Assembly: GCA_963847445.1 (NCBI GenBank)
Contig: CAWJZV010000015.1
Location: 1-64,000 of the forward strand
Direction: 5' to 3'
DNA length: 64,000 nt
DNA from: an uncultured delta proteobacterium
Lineage (GTDB): Bacteria > Desulfobacterota > Binatia > UBA9968
The notes under the pieces: model-generated
Seen by the model: only the letters and a program-made list of their open reading frames with translations
What the model was told of the DNA's origin: nothing
Databases searched by the model: none
Program-made: the position numbers and the translations under genes
Part shown: in pieces, positions 30,245 through 41,259 of the stretch
Layout: the number at the start of each line of letters is the position of its first letter
Numbering within the stretch: the stretch's first letter is position 1

Positions 30245-31767
30245 CTAGCCTCTGATTTTCATTTCCGAGGCAAGAATCTTGCCGTCCGGCGAGCCCTTCC
30301 AGATAACGTTTCGCGCCACACCGTAAAGCTCCGCGAGCGTGTAGAGCGGCGCGAACGGCACGTCTTCCATGAGAATGCGGCCGGCCTGATGTAGAATCGC
30401 CATGCGCTTCTTGTGATCGCCGGTTCGTTGTTCCTCGTCGATGAGCTTGTCGAATTCCGGATTGTTGTAGTTGATGCGCTTGGAACCGCCGGTGCGAAAG
30501 TATTGTTCGAAATAGACATCGGCATCGCTGCCATTGCTGCCGGCGTAGTAGAACGGCAGCTTGCCGCCGTTGACGCCGTCCTTGCCCCAGTAGATGGCGT
30601 ACTCTTGCGCCACCGGCTCGGCTTTGATGCCTGACCTTGCTCAACTGGTCGGCGATCACTTCGCAAACCTCTTTGCCTTTGAGGTGGCGGTCCGGCGCGA
30701 AATAGAGCTTGGTCTCGAGGCCGTTCGGATAACCGGCTTTGGCCAGCAGCTCACGCGCTTTGTTCGGGTCGTAGGGATAGCGCTTGATCTTCGGGTCGAA
30801 GCCAACCCAATTCGAGCCCAGCGGGCCGTTCACCACCGCGCCGTGGCCGTCGTAGATGTGCTTCAACATGACGTGGGGATTGAGCGCGTAGTTGATCGCC
30901 TGGCGCACGAGCTTGTTGTCGAAAGGTTTCATCGTCACATTCATGCCGAGAAAATACATGCGAAAGCCGATCACTTTCTCGATCCGATTGCGCGTATGCT
31001 TGGCGACGCGGTCGATCTCTTCGATGGGCACATTGCTGATCAGATCCGCCTGGCCCGCCAGCAGTCCCGCCACGCGCGCCGATTCTTCCCTGACGCCTCT
31101 GATAATCACCTCGCGGATTTGCGGTTTCGCGCCCCAGTAATCGTCATTGCGCCGCAGCACCAAGTTGCCGCCGCGCTGCCAGCTGACGTATTTGTACGGA
31201 CCGGTACCGGCGGTGGCGTTGTCGAGATCGTCGCCGTACTCCTTCGAGAGAATAAACCGAGTCTCCAGCCTGGAGAGCAACAGCGCATTGGGACTCTTGG
31301 TCGTAAGCAACCACCGTGTAGTCGTCGGGCGTTTCCACCTCGACGCCTTGCACGTAGGCGCCCTGCAAGCTGCGCTTGTCGTTTTGCAGCTTGTCGATGG
31401 AGTAGGCTACGTCCTTCGAGGTAAACGGCGCGCCGTTGTGAAAACGCACACCTTTGCGCAAATGAAAAGTCCACTTGCGCCCCTGAAACTCCCACGACTG
31501 AGCCAGCACGCCGACATATTCGTTGCGGTCATAATCCATTTGAATCAGCGGCTCGATGACGTGGCGCCAGATGCCGGTGATGCCGCCGCCGCTGTAGCCG
31601 TAGGGATGGAGCGAGTCCAGGCTGACGCCTTGATAAATGACGAGGCGATCTCTAGATGCCGCCCATGCCCTTGAAGCCAAGGTCGGCGCGAAGACGGTTC
31701 CCAGTCCTAGAGCCGCGCTCTGTCGCAAGAATTGGCGCCGATCGAGCGCTGTGTCATGTTTACGCAT
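30245..31767 (-). CDS. ABC peptide/nickel-type substrate-binding protein with Tat signal (two frameshifts)
   Basis: DRRQFL Tat motif, LRKGVRFHNG.PFT..DV, GTGPYK, VRQAINYA. Confidence 0.85.
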
Positions 31768-31902
31768 TGGAGTTCTCGCGCGCTGAAATAACGCCCTTAT
31801 ATTCAGCCTACGACGAACCTGTCAATGAAATTTACCAAGGTATGTAGCAGCAACGCGATTCTGACAGGGGTTAACGGCAACGTATTGTGTCAGGCTGGAA
31901 GT

Positions 31903-32012
31903 ATGACAACCCTGACAATGAACGACGAGGAACGACTCGATGCAATCCAACGAGTGTATCGCAGCGAGCTGAAGCTGCGCTGGTGATCGGAGAGTGAATG
32001 GCAATGTTATCG
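31903..32012 (+). pseudogene. N-terminal scrap of an ISNCY-like transposase
   Basis: MTTLTMNDEERLDAIQRV...SE.QCYR, cut at GGGTCAG. Confidence 0.5.
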
Positions 32013-32102
32013 GGTCAGATCACGGGTCGGTAGCCCGAGGCCGACCGTTTCAAATTCGGCTGTGCCATTGAACGCGGGTCAAAGCCTACTGCAAGCGGGC
32101 GA

Positions 32103-32876
32103 TTATCGCGATGCGACGATGAACAAGCGCGGGAACCGAAGCAGGACCTTGCCATCGTAGCGGCTCGGATAGGCCGCGGCGATCCGGGCGGTGTAGTCGG
32201 TCAGGAAAGCTCCTCGCGCCCGGTCATCGAGCGCGTCGAGGAATGGCCGCAACGCCGAGCCCTTGAACCACTCGACGATCGCCTCCGGCCCCGCCATTAC
32301 GTGATTGTAGACGATGTGCCAGACGTCGAGATGGCGGGCGAGCGGCCGCAACAAATCGTAGTAGGCTCCCGGAGTCGGCAGGTCGCCGCGCGTAGCATGC
32401 TCGAGTGCCGGGTGGCCCGCGTAGGGCCCGCGCGCCGTCACCTGTCGCATTAGCGCGAGTGCCGGCTCGTTGGTATTGTCCGGCATCTGTACGGCAAGCA
32501 CGCCGGCGGACGGCAGCGCGTTGAGCAGTCGCGCTAGCACCGCCGGATGGTCAGGCACCCACTGAAACACGGCATTGGCGAACAAAAGATCGGTCCGCTC
32601 CGGCGGGTTCCAAGTCGAAAGATCACCGTGCACGAAGGCGCGGCCGGGTAACCGCTCGCGCGCCTGGCGCAGCATGTCGAATGAAGAATCGAGCCCGATC
32701 ACTTCGGCATCGGGAAATCGCTCGATCAGAAGCTCGGTGGAATTGCCCGGCCCACAGCCAAGATCGAAGACGCGCGCGGCGTGATCCAGCGGCACCTGGG
32801 CGAGAAGATCGCGCGAGGGCCGAGTGCGATCGTCTTCAAACTTGAGATATTGCCGGGCGGACCAGTCGTTCATCAC
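32103..32876 (-). CDS. tam: Trans-aconitate 2-methyltransferase
   Basis: [44 protein letters not shown]. Confidence 0.93.
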   Translation of the reverse strand: MMNDWSARQYLKFEDDRTRPSRDLLAQVPLDHAARVFDLGCGPGNSTELLIERFPDAEVIGLDSSFDMLRQARERLPGRAFVHGDLSTWNPPERTDLLFANAVFQWVPDHPAVLARLLNALPSAGVLAVQMPDNTNEPALALMRQVTARGPYAGHPALEHATRGDLPTPGAYYDLLRPLARHLDVWHIVYNHVMAGPEAIVEWFKGSALRPFLDALDDRARGAFLTDYTARIAAAYPSRYDGKVLLRFPRLFIVASR

Positions 32877-33017
32877 CGGATGTATAGAAATTTAAAAAAC
32901 CTTTTCCGACAATGATATACCCCCGCATCGCCGAGCGCGTCAAATCGAACAGAATGAATATAATAGAAGAGTGTCACGGCCAAAGTGCAGCCAACCGGGT
33001 CAGACCCCAATCCCGCT

Positions 33018-33148
33018 TCGCGTCAGACCGTGAACGTCCGATGCGTAATGTTGGCGAGAGGGGTTCGAGCGCCATCGGTTTTGGAAGCAGTCCTTGCTCG
33101 TGCATGTAGCGCGCGAATGTCTCGAGCGTGCGCCGATTGGCTCTCGAG
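33018..33148 (-). repeat. Diverged duplicate of the 3' end of 36913..37896
   Basis: Aligns by eye with 36908-37038, including the stop codon; adjacent to GGGTCAGACCCC. Confidence 0.85.
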
Positions 33149-33260
33149 GACAAAGTCCCCTTTTAGGCATTCAGAAATCCGCTTTGCTCGATCTCTCTGA
33201 CAAATTGCAAGTCCTCCAAACATTTCGTGTCGCAATCGCGTGTCTGGTGGGGCGGCTACA

Positions 33261-34637
33261 TCAACGGTAGCCGAACACAGGCGGAAAAACGACGACCACA
33301 AACGCCGCCCACATGGAGTACACCGGCAGGTAGGCGATCTGCCATCGCTCCAGGGCGGCAAACGAGCCGCTACCAAGTAGGAAGCGGGCATAGAGCCACG
33401 CCGACCACGTCAGATTGATCAGCAAGATGAAATTCTCACCGAGCGCCGCCACTCGGTTCGGAGTGAAACCGAACTCGGAGATTCGTGCCGCGATTGCCGC
33501 TAGCGCCAGCGCATCGACCACCAGGGCGCTTACCACCAGCAGTAGCTGCAAGCCGTCGAAGAAATCGGGCGGTCTTTGCGGGTCGCGCGCCGAGGCTGCG
33601 TAGAGCACCAAGCCGACGACGCATACCAACAGCAGGTCGAACGCGATCAGCACTTCCCGCTTTACGTCGATGGGGCTACCCGTCCACGCCATTGTCGCCA
33701 GAAACGCCAGCAGCACGACGGTGAACAGGGGCGTGAATAGCCGCGTCAGCACCGGCGCCATGTTCTCGATGACGCTCTGCTTCGCCTCCACCAGCCAGGA
33801 TCCGACGATAACCGCCCCCATCGCTCCGCACGGTATCAACCAGCCCGCAACCAGCCACTCGGCGTCAATCTCGATGGCGTTGAACATTAACATCGTGAAG
33901 CCGGCGACAACGCCGCCGCCGAGCGCGATGAGCACGTAGTAGATGAACAACTCGCCGGAGAAGCGCACGAAATTCATGCGCCCGCCGCCGGCGAACCAGC
34001 GGCCGCCGACGTAGGCAATGCCGATGACCAGCCACAGGGCGATCGGCAGATGCAGCGCGGTTAGCACCTCGGTATCGCTGGCCGTGCCGAAGTGGAAGAG
34101 ATTCGCGAAGACAGCCGCGGCCGCGAAGGGCAGCGCCAGCCAGACGCAGGTCACGACGGCGAGCCCGCGCTTCCAGGCGAAGTAGGCCGCGAGCTGCGGC
34201 AGCACGAACAGGCTGGCATTGCGGGCGTAGAACGGCTGCAGTTCACCGCCGCCAAGCTGAAGACCGAAAAGCGCCGGCACCTTGATGGCCACGGCCGCGG
34301 CGACGGCAAGGCTCAGGACGACGAGCATTTCGGCGCGCGTGCCCGTCCCCGACTCACCGGCAGCTTCGGGAGCGATGACCAGCTGCTTCCATAGCCGCTC
34401 CGAGTGCTCGCGCGCGAATTCGCGGGACAGCGCATCGAGGCTGCCGATGCGTTTGACGGCGATGAGGAAGGCTTCCTCCGCCGCCAAACCTGCCTCGGTG
34501 AGCACCGCCATCTGGTCGCGCAGGTGGCCCTCCAGTTCCTCCACGTCCGGGCCATGGATCGCCCGCCGGCGGCTCAGATAGAGTCGCCATTGCGCGATCT
34601 GCTCTTCGAGCGGCGAGCGGTCGGCGGGTGCAGTCAT
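33261..34637 (-). CDS. Permease-prefix-domain membrane protein
   Basis: ELEGHLRD...GL..EEAF..AV.R.G N-terminal domain plus about 10 TM helices. Confidence 0.85.
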   Translation of the reverse strand: MTAPADRSPLEEQIAQWRLYLSRRRAIHGPDVEELEGHLRDQMAVLTEAGLAAEEAFLIAVKRIGSLDALSREFAREHSERLWKQLVIAPEAAGESGTGTRAEMLVVLSLAVAAAVAIKVPALFGLQLGGGELQPFYARNASLFVLPQLAAYFAWKRGLAVVTCVWLALPFAAAAVFANLFHFGTASDTEVLTALHLPIALWLVIGIAYVGGRWFAGGGRMNFVRFSGELFIYYVLIALGGGVVAGFTMLMFNAIEIDAEWLVAGWLIPCGAMGAVIVGSWLVEAKQSVIENMAPVLTRLFTPLFTVVLLAFLATMAWTGSPIDVKREVLIAFDLLLVCVVGLVLYAASARDPQRPPDFFDGLQLLLVVSALVVDALALAAIAARISEFGFTPNRVAALGENFILLINLTWSAWLYARFLLGSGSFAALERWQIAYLPVYSMWAAFVVVVFPPVFGYR

Positions 34638-34972
34638 GCCGTGCGCGCCTTCATCCAGATATGCCGCAGTGTGCTGTCGACAACTTGCCACTGCTGCCGC
34701 TGGAGGGCGAGCTGCGCCCGGCCCTCTTTGGTGATGCGGTAGTACTTGCGCCTGCGGCCGCTCTCAGACGAGCTCCACTTGGCCGCGACAAGACCGTGCC
34801 GCTCGAGCCGGTGCAGCACCGGGTAGAGCATGCCGTCGGTCCACTGCAGGTGGCCGCCCGACAGCTCTGTGACGCGCTTGATGATCCCGTAGCCATAACT
34901 GTCACCCTCGGCCAGGATGGCCAGCACAAGGGGCGTGGCGGATGCGGCGACCAAGTCTTTGCCAAGCTCCAT
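34634..34972 (-). CDS. PadR-family transcriptional regulator
   Basis: SYGY.II, G.LYPVLHRLE, RRKYYRIT.EG. Confidence 0.93.
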   Translation of the reverse strand: MELGKDLVAASATPLVLAILAEGDSYGYGIIKRVTELSGGHLQWTDGMLYPVLHRLERHGLVAAKWSSSESGRRRKYYRITKEGRAQLALQRQQWQVVDSTLRHIWMKARTA

Positions 34973-35595
34973 ACGTAGATGAATCAATACATTGCTGTTC
35001 TATGTATTTCAAAACGGATTTAACCTATCGACGGAAATCGCGCATTCTCGATCGGCTGCCGATTGACGAGACTCCATGCCTGGCGCACCGTGTCGCAATG
35101 AAACACGCGGTATGTTTCCTGCCGATTCAAGAGCGCGGTGCTTTTTGCGCTGCCGATCAGCAGGATCTTTTTCATTTTGTCGATTCTTCTTATTCCATCG
35201 CCGCTCTTCGCGAGCGTATTTTCAAAATGGTCCATTGCCTTTGCTCCGACTGTTGAGTCCGATGGCTCCATGCTGCCCGCAGACGCATGAAGGCCCAAAC
35301 CCGGTTACCGAGACTCGGTCACCGGACTTTTACGTCGATCAAGACAGGCGGAGAATCAAAGATTCAGCACTGACAGGAGAAAATACGGAGGCGATTTCGA
35401 GGAAGTGTTGGTTTCGAACCGAGGCAGGTGCAAGGAATCGGAAAAAAGGCCGACCCGGGTTTGAAAAGAAGTCGGCACAAGCTTTTGCAGATTGAACTCA
35501 TCCTGCAGTGCTTCCGGCACGGGTGAGATTTTTCGGCAACTTGGCGGTCCGACCCAGCGCACCGCTTAGACAAGAGGAAAGCCACGTTCGCCGGA

Positions 35596-36645
35596 CTAAT
35601 TCCCTTTTAGACTTTTCAGAAAGCCGCTTTGCTCGAGCTCTCTGATAAACTGCAAGTCCACCACAGATTTCGTGTCGAAATCGCGCAGCTTCGGATTGCG
35701 CTGGGCAAGTTCCTTGGCAACGAGATCGAATCCTTCGGTTGGCGGCGCAGGGATGTCGGCGTACAGACGCCGGGCGGCATCGAAAGCGGCTCCCATCACT
35801 TCGTGATTCTGGAAACGCGCGTAGCGCGAGATAATCGCCATCGAGCCTTCTCGGTTCGTCTTCAAATAGTGTAAGGCCTGAGCCAGGGCTTTTACGTAGC
35901 GCAGCACGGTGTCACGCTTCTCTCTCACGTAGTTCTGAGTTGTCACGGCGCCGCCCATCGGGAAGGGGGTTTTGGTGGCCACGTAATCCACGAGAAGCTT
36001 GAAACCGAGGCGCTTCGCCTGCTGAAGCTCGAGATCCTGAGCGACCATAAACTGAGCGACGCCCGCCGACATTGCCTGCAAACGCATCGGCGTGTTGCCG
36101 ATAGCGCGCAGCGACACGTCCCGATCCGGATCCAACCCGAGCGCTTTGAGGCCGATGCGAATAACCGTGTCGGCCGCGGTTCCGGGCATATGATTGGCGC
36201 CGACTTTGCCTTTCAGGTCCGCCGGGGAATTAATCGAGCTGTCGACGATCAGATAGTACGGCATCACGTTGACATAGCCGGCGACGATGACCACGGGAGA
36301 CCCGGCCGCGCGGGCGTTGAGCACTGCCGGACCTGTGGATTCGACGATCTGCGCTTCACCAGCGATGAGCGTCTGCATGGTGCGAGGGCTGCCCTCGACG
36401 AACACGATCTTCACGTCGAGTCCTTGGCGCTGAAAAAACCCCGCGTCCTTAGCGATCCACAGCGGAGTGGAGCTCCCGATGGTCACCGATTGATAGGTAG
36501 TCGTTAGCTGATCGGCGGCACGTGCGGCCACAGCGGTAGCGGTGAAAAAAATCAGCGTGATAACAATCAAGCTGAATCGAGCGTTTGCGCCGCGCCATTT
36601 GGCCGGCTTCAAGCGGAATGCTAATTGGCTGCTGTTTTTTCGCAT
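35596..36645 (-). CDS. NMT1/SsuA-type ABC substrate-binding protein
   Basis: PLWIAKDAGFF...GLDV, DLKGK. Confidence 0.88.
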   Translation of the reverse strand: MRKNSSQLAFRLKPAKWRGANARFSLIVITLIFFTATAVAARAADQLTTTYQSVTIGSSTPLWIAKDAGFFQRQGLDVKIVFVEGSPRTMQTLIAGEAQIVESTGPAVLNARAAGSPVVIVAGYVNVMPYYLIVDSSINSPADLKGKVGANHMPGTAADTVIRIGLKALGLDPDRDVSLRAIGNTPMRLQAMSAGVAQFMVAQDLELQQAKRLGFKLLVDYVATKTPFPMGGAVTTQNYVREKRDTVLRYVKALAQALHYLKTNREGSMAIISRYARFQNHEVMGAAFDAARRLYADIPAPPTEGFDLVAKELAQRNPKLRDFDTKSVVDLQFIRELEQSGFLKSLKGN

Positions 36646-36912
36646 CGGTGTATGAGCCCGATTACTCCAATACCAAAGAAAAGTCTACGCCCGCCCCCGA
36701 CTTGAACTCCCGGGCGGTGCTTCCGGCCACCAGCACCTCCAGGCGCCGTGTGGTCGAATCTTTAGCTTTGCGGTTTCGCAGAACCAGCGGGGACGGCGCG
36801 GCCGGCTCATCTGGGGCAACAACGAATCGCATCTCAGCGCCTTTGACTTCCGTAGCCGTAAGGTGGAAAGGGACTCTAGAAAAGCCGAAAGCGGCCGCCA
36901 CGGCTGCTCGCG

Positions 36913-37896
36913 TCATACCCTGAACGTCCGCTGTGTACTGTCGGGGAACAGGGTTTCGAGCGCCATCGGTTTTGGGATTAATCCTTGCTCGTGCATGTAG
37001 CGCACGAACGTCTCGAGCGTGTGTCGATTGCTCTCAAGTCCGTATGGCCAGAAGTCCTCGCCCATCAGGTCCGTGGTCTGGTAGGCGTGCTCGACGAGGA
37101 ACGGTAGACTGAGTGGCAGCGCGCTTGTCTGGGTCAGATCGGCCATCGCCAGATCCTTGGCTTCCGAGAACGCCTTAAACAGCGTAAACGCGACCCAGGG
37201 ATTGGCCTCGAGGATCTCTTTCTTGACCACCAGCGTGTGCATGATGGGAAAAATGCCGGTTCGGCGGAAATAGTCGCGCTCGACCTCGAACGGCTGCTCG
37301 AAGAGCCGCCGCACCACCCTACCACCGCGCCGAAATGTCGAGGGCGTCCTGGCCGTGACCAGCGCGTCGATCTCTCCACTCTCCAGCATTTGCGCCAGCG
37401 AGCGGTCCGCGGGCGCGAAGCCCACGGTGACTCCCGCCGGCTCGGCGGGCTCGAATGGAAGGCGACCGGGCTCCTCGAGCCCGCCTTGCACCCATTCAAC
37501 GTCGGCGGCGCGCACCCCGTAGTCGTCTGCCAGGATGCCGCGCGCCCACACCGCGGCCGTCATCTGGTACTCGGGTACGCCGACGCGCTTGCCACGAAGG
37601 TCCTCCGGCCTGCGGACGCCCGAGCCCTCGTGGACGAAGATGCACGACTGTCGGAAGAAGCGCGATGGAAAAACCGGGATCGCGACGAGGTCGTCGGCGC
37701 CACGACCGCGGCGCACGACATACCCGCCCAGGGAGAACTCCGAGGCGTCGAACTCGCGGTGCTGAGCCATGCGCCAGAAGATTTCCTCCACGCGCAGCAT
37801 GATGTAAGTTAAGTCGATGCCCTCTGCACGGACCCGACCGTCACGGAGCGCCTCCGTCCGATCATAGTGGCCCGCGGCCAGCGTCAAGCGTAGCAT
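36913..37896 (-). CDS. 4,5-dihydroxyphthalate decarboxylase-like protein
   Basis: YDRT.AL.DG.V, FD.SEFS, AIPVFPSR.FR, GVPEYQMTAAVW.RG, FPIMH, WPYG...N. Confidence 0.85.
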   Translation of the reverse strand: MLRLTLAAGHYDRTEALRDGRVRAEGIDLTYIMLRVEEIFWRMAQHREFDASEFSLGGYVVRRGRGADDLVAIPVFPSRFFRQSCIFVHEGSGVRRPEDLRGKRVGVPEYQMTAAVWARGILADDYGVRAADVEWVQGGLEEPGRLPFEPAEPAGVTVGFAPADRSLAQMLESGEIDALVTARTPSTFRRGGRVVRRLFEQPFEVERDYFRRTGIFPIMHTLVVKKEILEANPWVAFTLFKAFSEAKDLAMADLTQTSALPLSLPFLVEHAYQTTDLMGEDFWPYGLESNRHTLETFVRYMHEQGLIPKPMALETLFPDSTQRTFRV

Positions 37897-37933
37897 GCCC
37901 ACCTCCGGGTGCGGATAACCCTGCTTTAATCTA

Positions 37934-38040
37934 ATATTCCCCGCAGCTTGCTGCGGGGACAAAATTGCTGGGGGTTTCCAAAGGGGGTTGAACATCCCCT
38001 TTGGTCGCGAGCGGGGTTCATACCCCGATCGCGAAATGCC
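37934..38040. repeat. Hairpin-rich MITE/IS200-like end remnant
   Basis: CCCCGCAGC-TT-GCTGCGGGG plus two further hairpins. Confidence 0.45.
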
Positions 38041-38099
38041 CGGTTGATCGTTTCGTTAGGCGAGCACGCTACTTCCCCGGCTCAGCATGTTCTGTCAGG

Positions 38100-38124
38100 T
38101 GTCAGACTTGCCTAAGTTTACTAA
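38100..38124 (+). repeat. REP-like motif copy
   Basis: 23/25 identical to 4246-4270. Confidence 0.7.
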
Positions 38125-38305
38125 CGCTTGATGGGAAAAGATGATGCCGCGCCATCAGCGAGTCGTGCCGAAGGACTGCTCTATCAACGTGATGCCCCGT
38201 GGCAATGACGGGCAGAAGTAAGAGTCGGTCAAGCTGTCACTTAACTAACTGTCCGTGAATCCTGGGTTAGCTCAATTCGACCCCGTTCTCCGCCCTGCGC
38301 GAGGA

Positions 38306-39331
38306 TTACGCGGCGACGGTTTCGCGCTGCGCGACCTTGGCGAGCCGCGACATCATCGCTGCGGCATTGTCGTGCAGGATCTTCTCGCGCGCATCCTCGC
38401 CGATCTGCGCGTCCGCAAGCGCCTTGCTGGTCCACTCGCAGCCGAATTCGGTGCCGTCGGTGCCGCACACGATGCGCTCGGCGCCGTACAACCGCACCGC
38501 GGCCTCGATCGCGCGCGGGCCGAAGGAGTTGCAATCCACGTACACCTTGGCGCGGCGGAAGCGCGCCGACGGCAGTTCCTCGTTCGGCGTATCCAGCAGG
38601 CAGCGGTGATCCATGCGCTCGATCTCGTAGGGAATATTGCCGCCGAGATTGTGCACCAGGACCATCGCATCGGGGTACGGCGCGAGGTAGTCGGTGAGGC
38701 ACAGCGTCACCATCACCGAGGACAGGCTCGCCTGCATGTCGAGCGTGCCGTTGCGGCGGCGCGCGTTGTCGGTGTCGCCGGCTACCTTGGGAAACGCGTC
38801 GCCAGGCCGCGGACCGTGGTGAATGAACACGATCGCATGGTGCCGGTTCGCCACCTCCAACAGCGGGCGCATGTTCTCGGCGTCCTTCTTCGTGAGAAAG
38901 CCGTTGCCCGGCACTTGCGCGCCGACCACGCCCGGCAGCGCCAGCGCGCGCTCGAACTCGGCGGCGGCGGCAGACATATCCACGAGCGGCAGCGCGGCAA
39001 ACGCACTGAAGCGCCCCTCGTATTTCTGGCAAAGCCCCGACAGTGCGTCGTTGACCATCCGGCACAGCGGCAGCGAGACCTCGACCGGCTGCGACTCGAT
39101 CCAGCAGTAGGCACCGAGCAGCGACAGCACGCTGGTGCTCACGCCCTGGCGATCCATCCTGGCGAGATGGAATCCGACGTCGTCGAACGCCTTGGACAGC
39201 GGCTCCTCGCCGATCCGGCTCTTCACCACTTCCACGCCGTCCTGATTGCGCACGATGCGCGGTTCCTTGGTGCGGGCGCGCAGGGCGTCGATCAGCTCGG
39301 CGGGCCTCCAATGGGCATGCATGTCGATCAT
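38306..39331 (-). CDS. Amidohydrolase family protein (ACMSD-like)
   Basis: IDMHAH, FIHHG, VHNLGG, GTD. Confidence 0.88.
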   Translation of the reverse strand: MIDMHAHWRPAELIDALRARTKEPRIVRNQDGVEVVKSRIGEEPLSKAFDDVGFHLARMDRQGVSTSVLSLLGAYCWIESQPVEVSLPLCRMVNDALSGLCQKYEGRFSAFAALPLVDMSAAAAEFERALALPGVVGAQVPGNGFLTKKDAENMRPLLEVANRHHAIVFIHHGPRPGDAFPKVAGDTDNARRRNGTLDMQASLSSVMVTLCLTDYLAPYPDAMVLVHNLGGNIPYEIERMDHRCLLDTPNEELPSARFRRAKVYVDCNSFGPRAIEAAVRLYGAERIVCGTDGTEFGCEWTSKALADAQIGEDAREKILHDNAAAMMSRLAKVAQRETVAA

Positions 39332-39586
39332 GGCTATCTCCTTTGGTTATCGTCCAACAGATTAACCCCGAAAGTTCCAGTGTGTGCGAGGTTGTTTGCC
39401 AACTGTGGTGCAATCTATTGCAACCGCCACAGTGAAGCAAGGGTTTTCCCGCACCCTTGCTGTTGGGCCGGGGTCTGAGTTTTGACTGGTTCTGCGAATT
39501 TGGGATTTTCGCTCAGACTCTTATTTTCAGACTATCTTCTCTAATCCTCATCGAACGACGAACGGCCAAAGTGCTATTCAATTCGC

Positions 39587-41054
39587 TTACGCACTCGCCG
39601 TCGGCAACGGCGTCTTCAGTCCCAGCTCATCGGCCACCGCTTGCTCGACTACGGTGCCCTTGAAGAAGTCCGGGTTGTTGCGCGTGTGCAGCGTTGCCGC
39701 GTTGGCGAAGGTGAACTCGCGAAAATCCTGCTCGGTGACGAAGCCCTTCTCGACCATCTCGAACGCTTCAGGAATTACCTCGCGGAAATCAGGCACATCG
39801 AAATGGCGTGAAGTCGGAGCTGAAGACCGGCCGCAGGCGAAAGCCCATGCGGGGATCGAAGGCCCACATGGTCGTTCGGTCGTCGGCCTCGCAACCGAAA
39901 TAGAAGTTGCCGGAGAAGGCCGCCCGGATGTCTTCTTTTGCCTTGATCCCAGCGGCGGCAAAATCGTCGGCGACAAACTCAGGCCGCGCCAGTTCCTCGA
40001 CGCTGCATTCCGGCCGCAAGAAGTCCAGGTTGTTCATGATCGCGTCGGCATTGGCTTTCAGCCTCGCGTCGCCATACTTGGCGATAAAATTATGCATCTC
40101 GGCGATGTTGGTGGCGTTGGGGTTTTGTAAGCCGGCGGGGCGGCGCTTCTCCCAGTGCTCGATCAGATCGGCGCACAACTGACAGGCCCAGCTGACGCCG
40201 CCTTCCATGAAACCGAAATTGAGGCTCGGGTAGCGGCGCACCAAGCCGCCGAGGAAAACGCCCCGGGCGAAGGCGTGGTTCGATGCGGCGAAGTGGCCGA
40301 TATGGTTGTAGGTGAAGTTGCTGATGGAGCCGCGATCCGGCCAGCGGCCGCTGCCCGAGTGCTGGGTGACGGCGACGCCAAGGTCGACACAGCGCTGCCA
40401 GAATGGGTCGTAATTATAGGGGCTGTCGAGGGCGAGAGTGTCGACATACCAGGCGGCTTTATTGGCATCGACGCCTTCCGCCGCGCTTGGGATCGGCCGC
40501 TCCTGGTTTCCCTTGAGCATGATCGCTCGGTAAGCGAGCTTGCCGACGGCGTAGTCGAGCTCTTCGATGGCTTCCTCCGGCGTATGGACGGGAATGATCG
40601 CTACCGGCGCAAATCTCGCGGCATAGGGCGCGAACAGGTCTGCCGTCATCCTGTTGTAGGCGCGGGCCGCAGCCCGGCGCAGGTCATCCTCGGCGATGCC
40701 GTTGAGGGCGAGCCCAAGGCTCGGATAGATCAGCGCGAAGTCGATGCCCAACTCGGGCAGGCGTTGGTTGAGCAAGGCCGGCAGCAGCGCCGTTGCCTTG
40801 TCGAGGGTATTACTGGTGACGCCCCACCAGTTGCTGCGCCGCGTGCGATTGTGCTGGCGCTGCTCCGAGTCGGCGCGGTACCAGGCGTGATTGCGCTGCC
40901 ACAGCGCTCTGATCTGGTCGACAGATTTCGCGCCGCCCACTTCGCTCAAGTACTCGAGGAAGACCGGCACCGGCTCCAACCAGTGGCCGTCGCCATCGAT
41001 CACTGGGTGTTTCAGGCTGTCGTGTATCTCCGCGGCGCGATTCTTCATGGACAA
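39587..41054 (-). CDS. Amidohydrolase family protein (frameshift near 39810)
   Basis: IDGDGH, FMEGG..W, YFGCEADD, FSSD..HFDV. Confidence 0.85.
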
Positions 41055-41259
41055 GGCTCCAGTCGGATTTGCCGATGCGGGTGCATGCCGCTCGCTCAGC
41101 GAACCGGTGGCGGGCTACGGCTCTTTCGTCAGGAACACCAAGGCCGAAATTCACCAGGCGTTGGAAAATTTCCGCGCTGGTCGGTTCTGGATTCCGGTTT
41201 CGGATAGAGCGTGTGAGGGACGGTTGCTACCGTCGGAACAACCGCGCCTTCCGTGTCGT

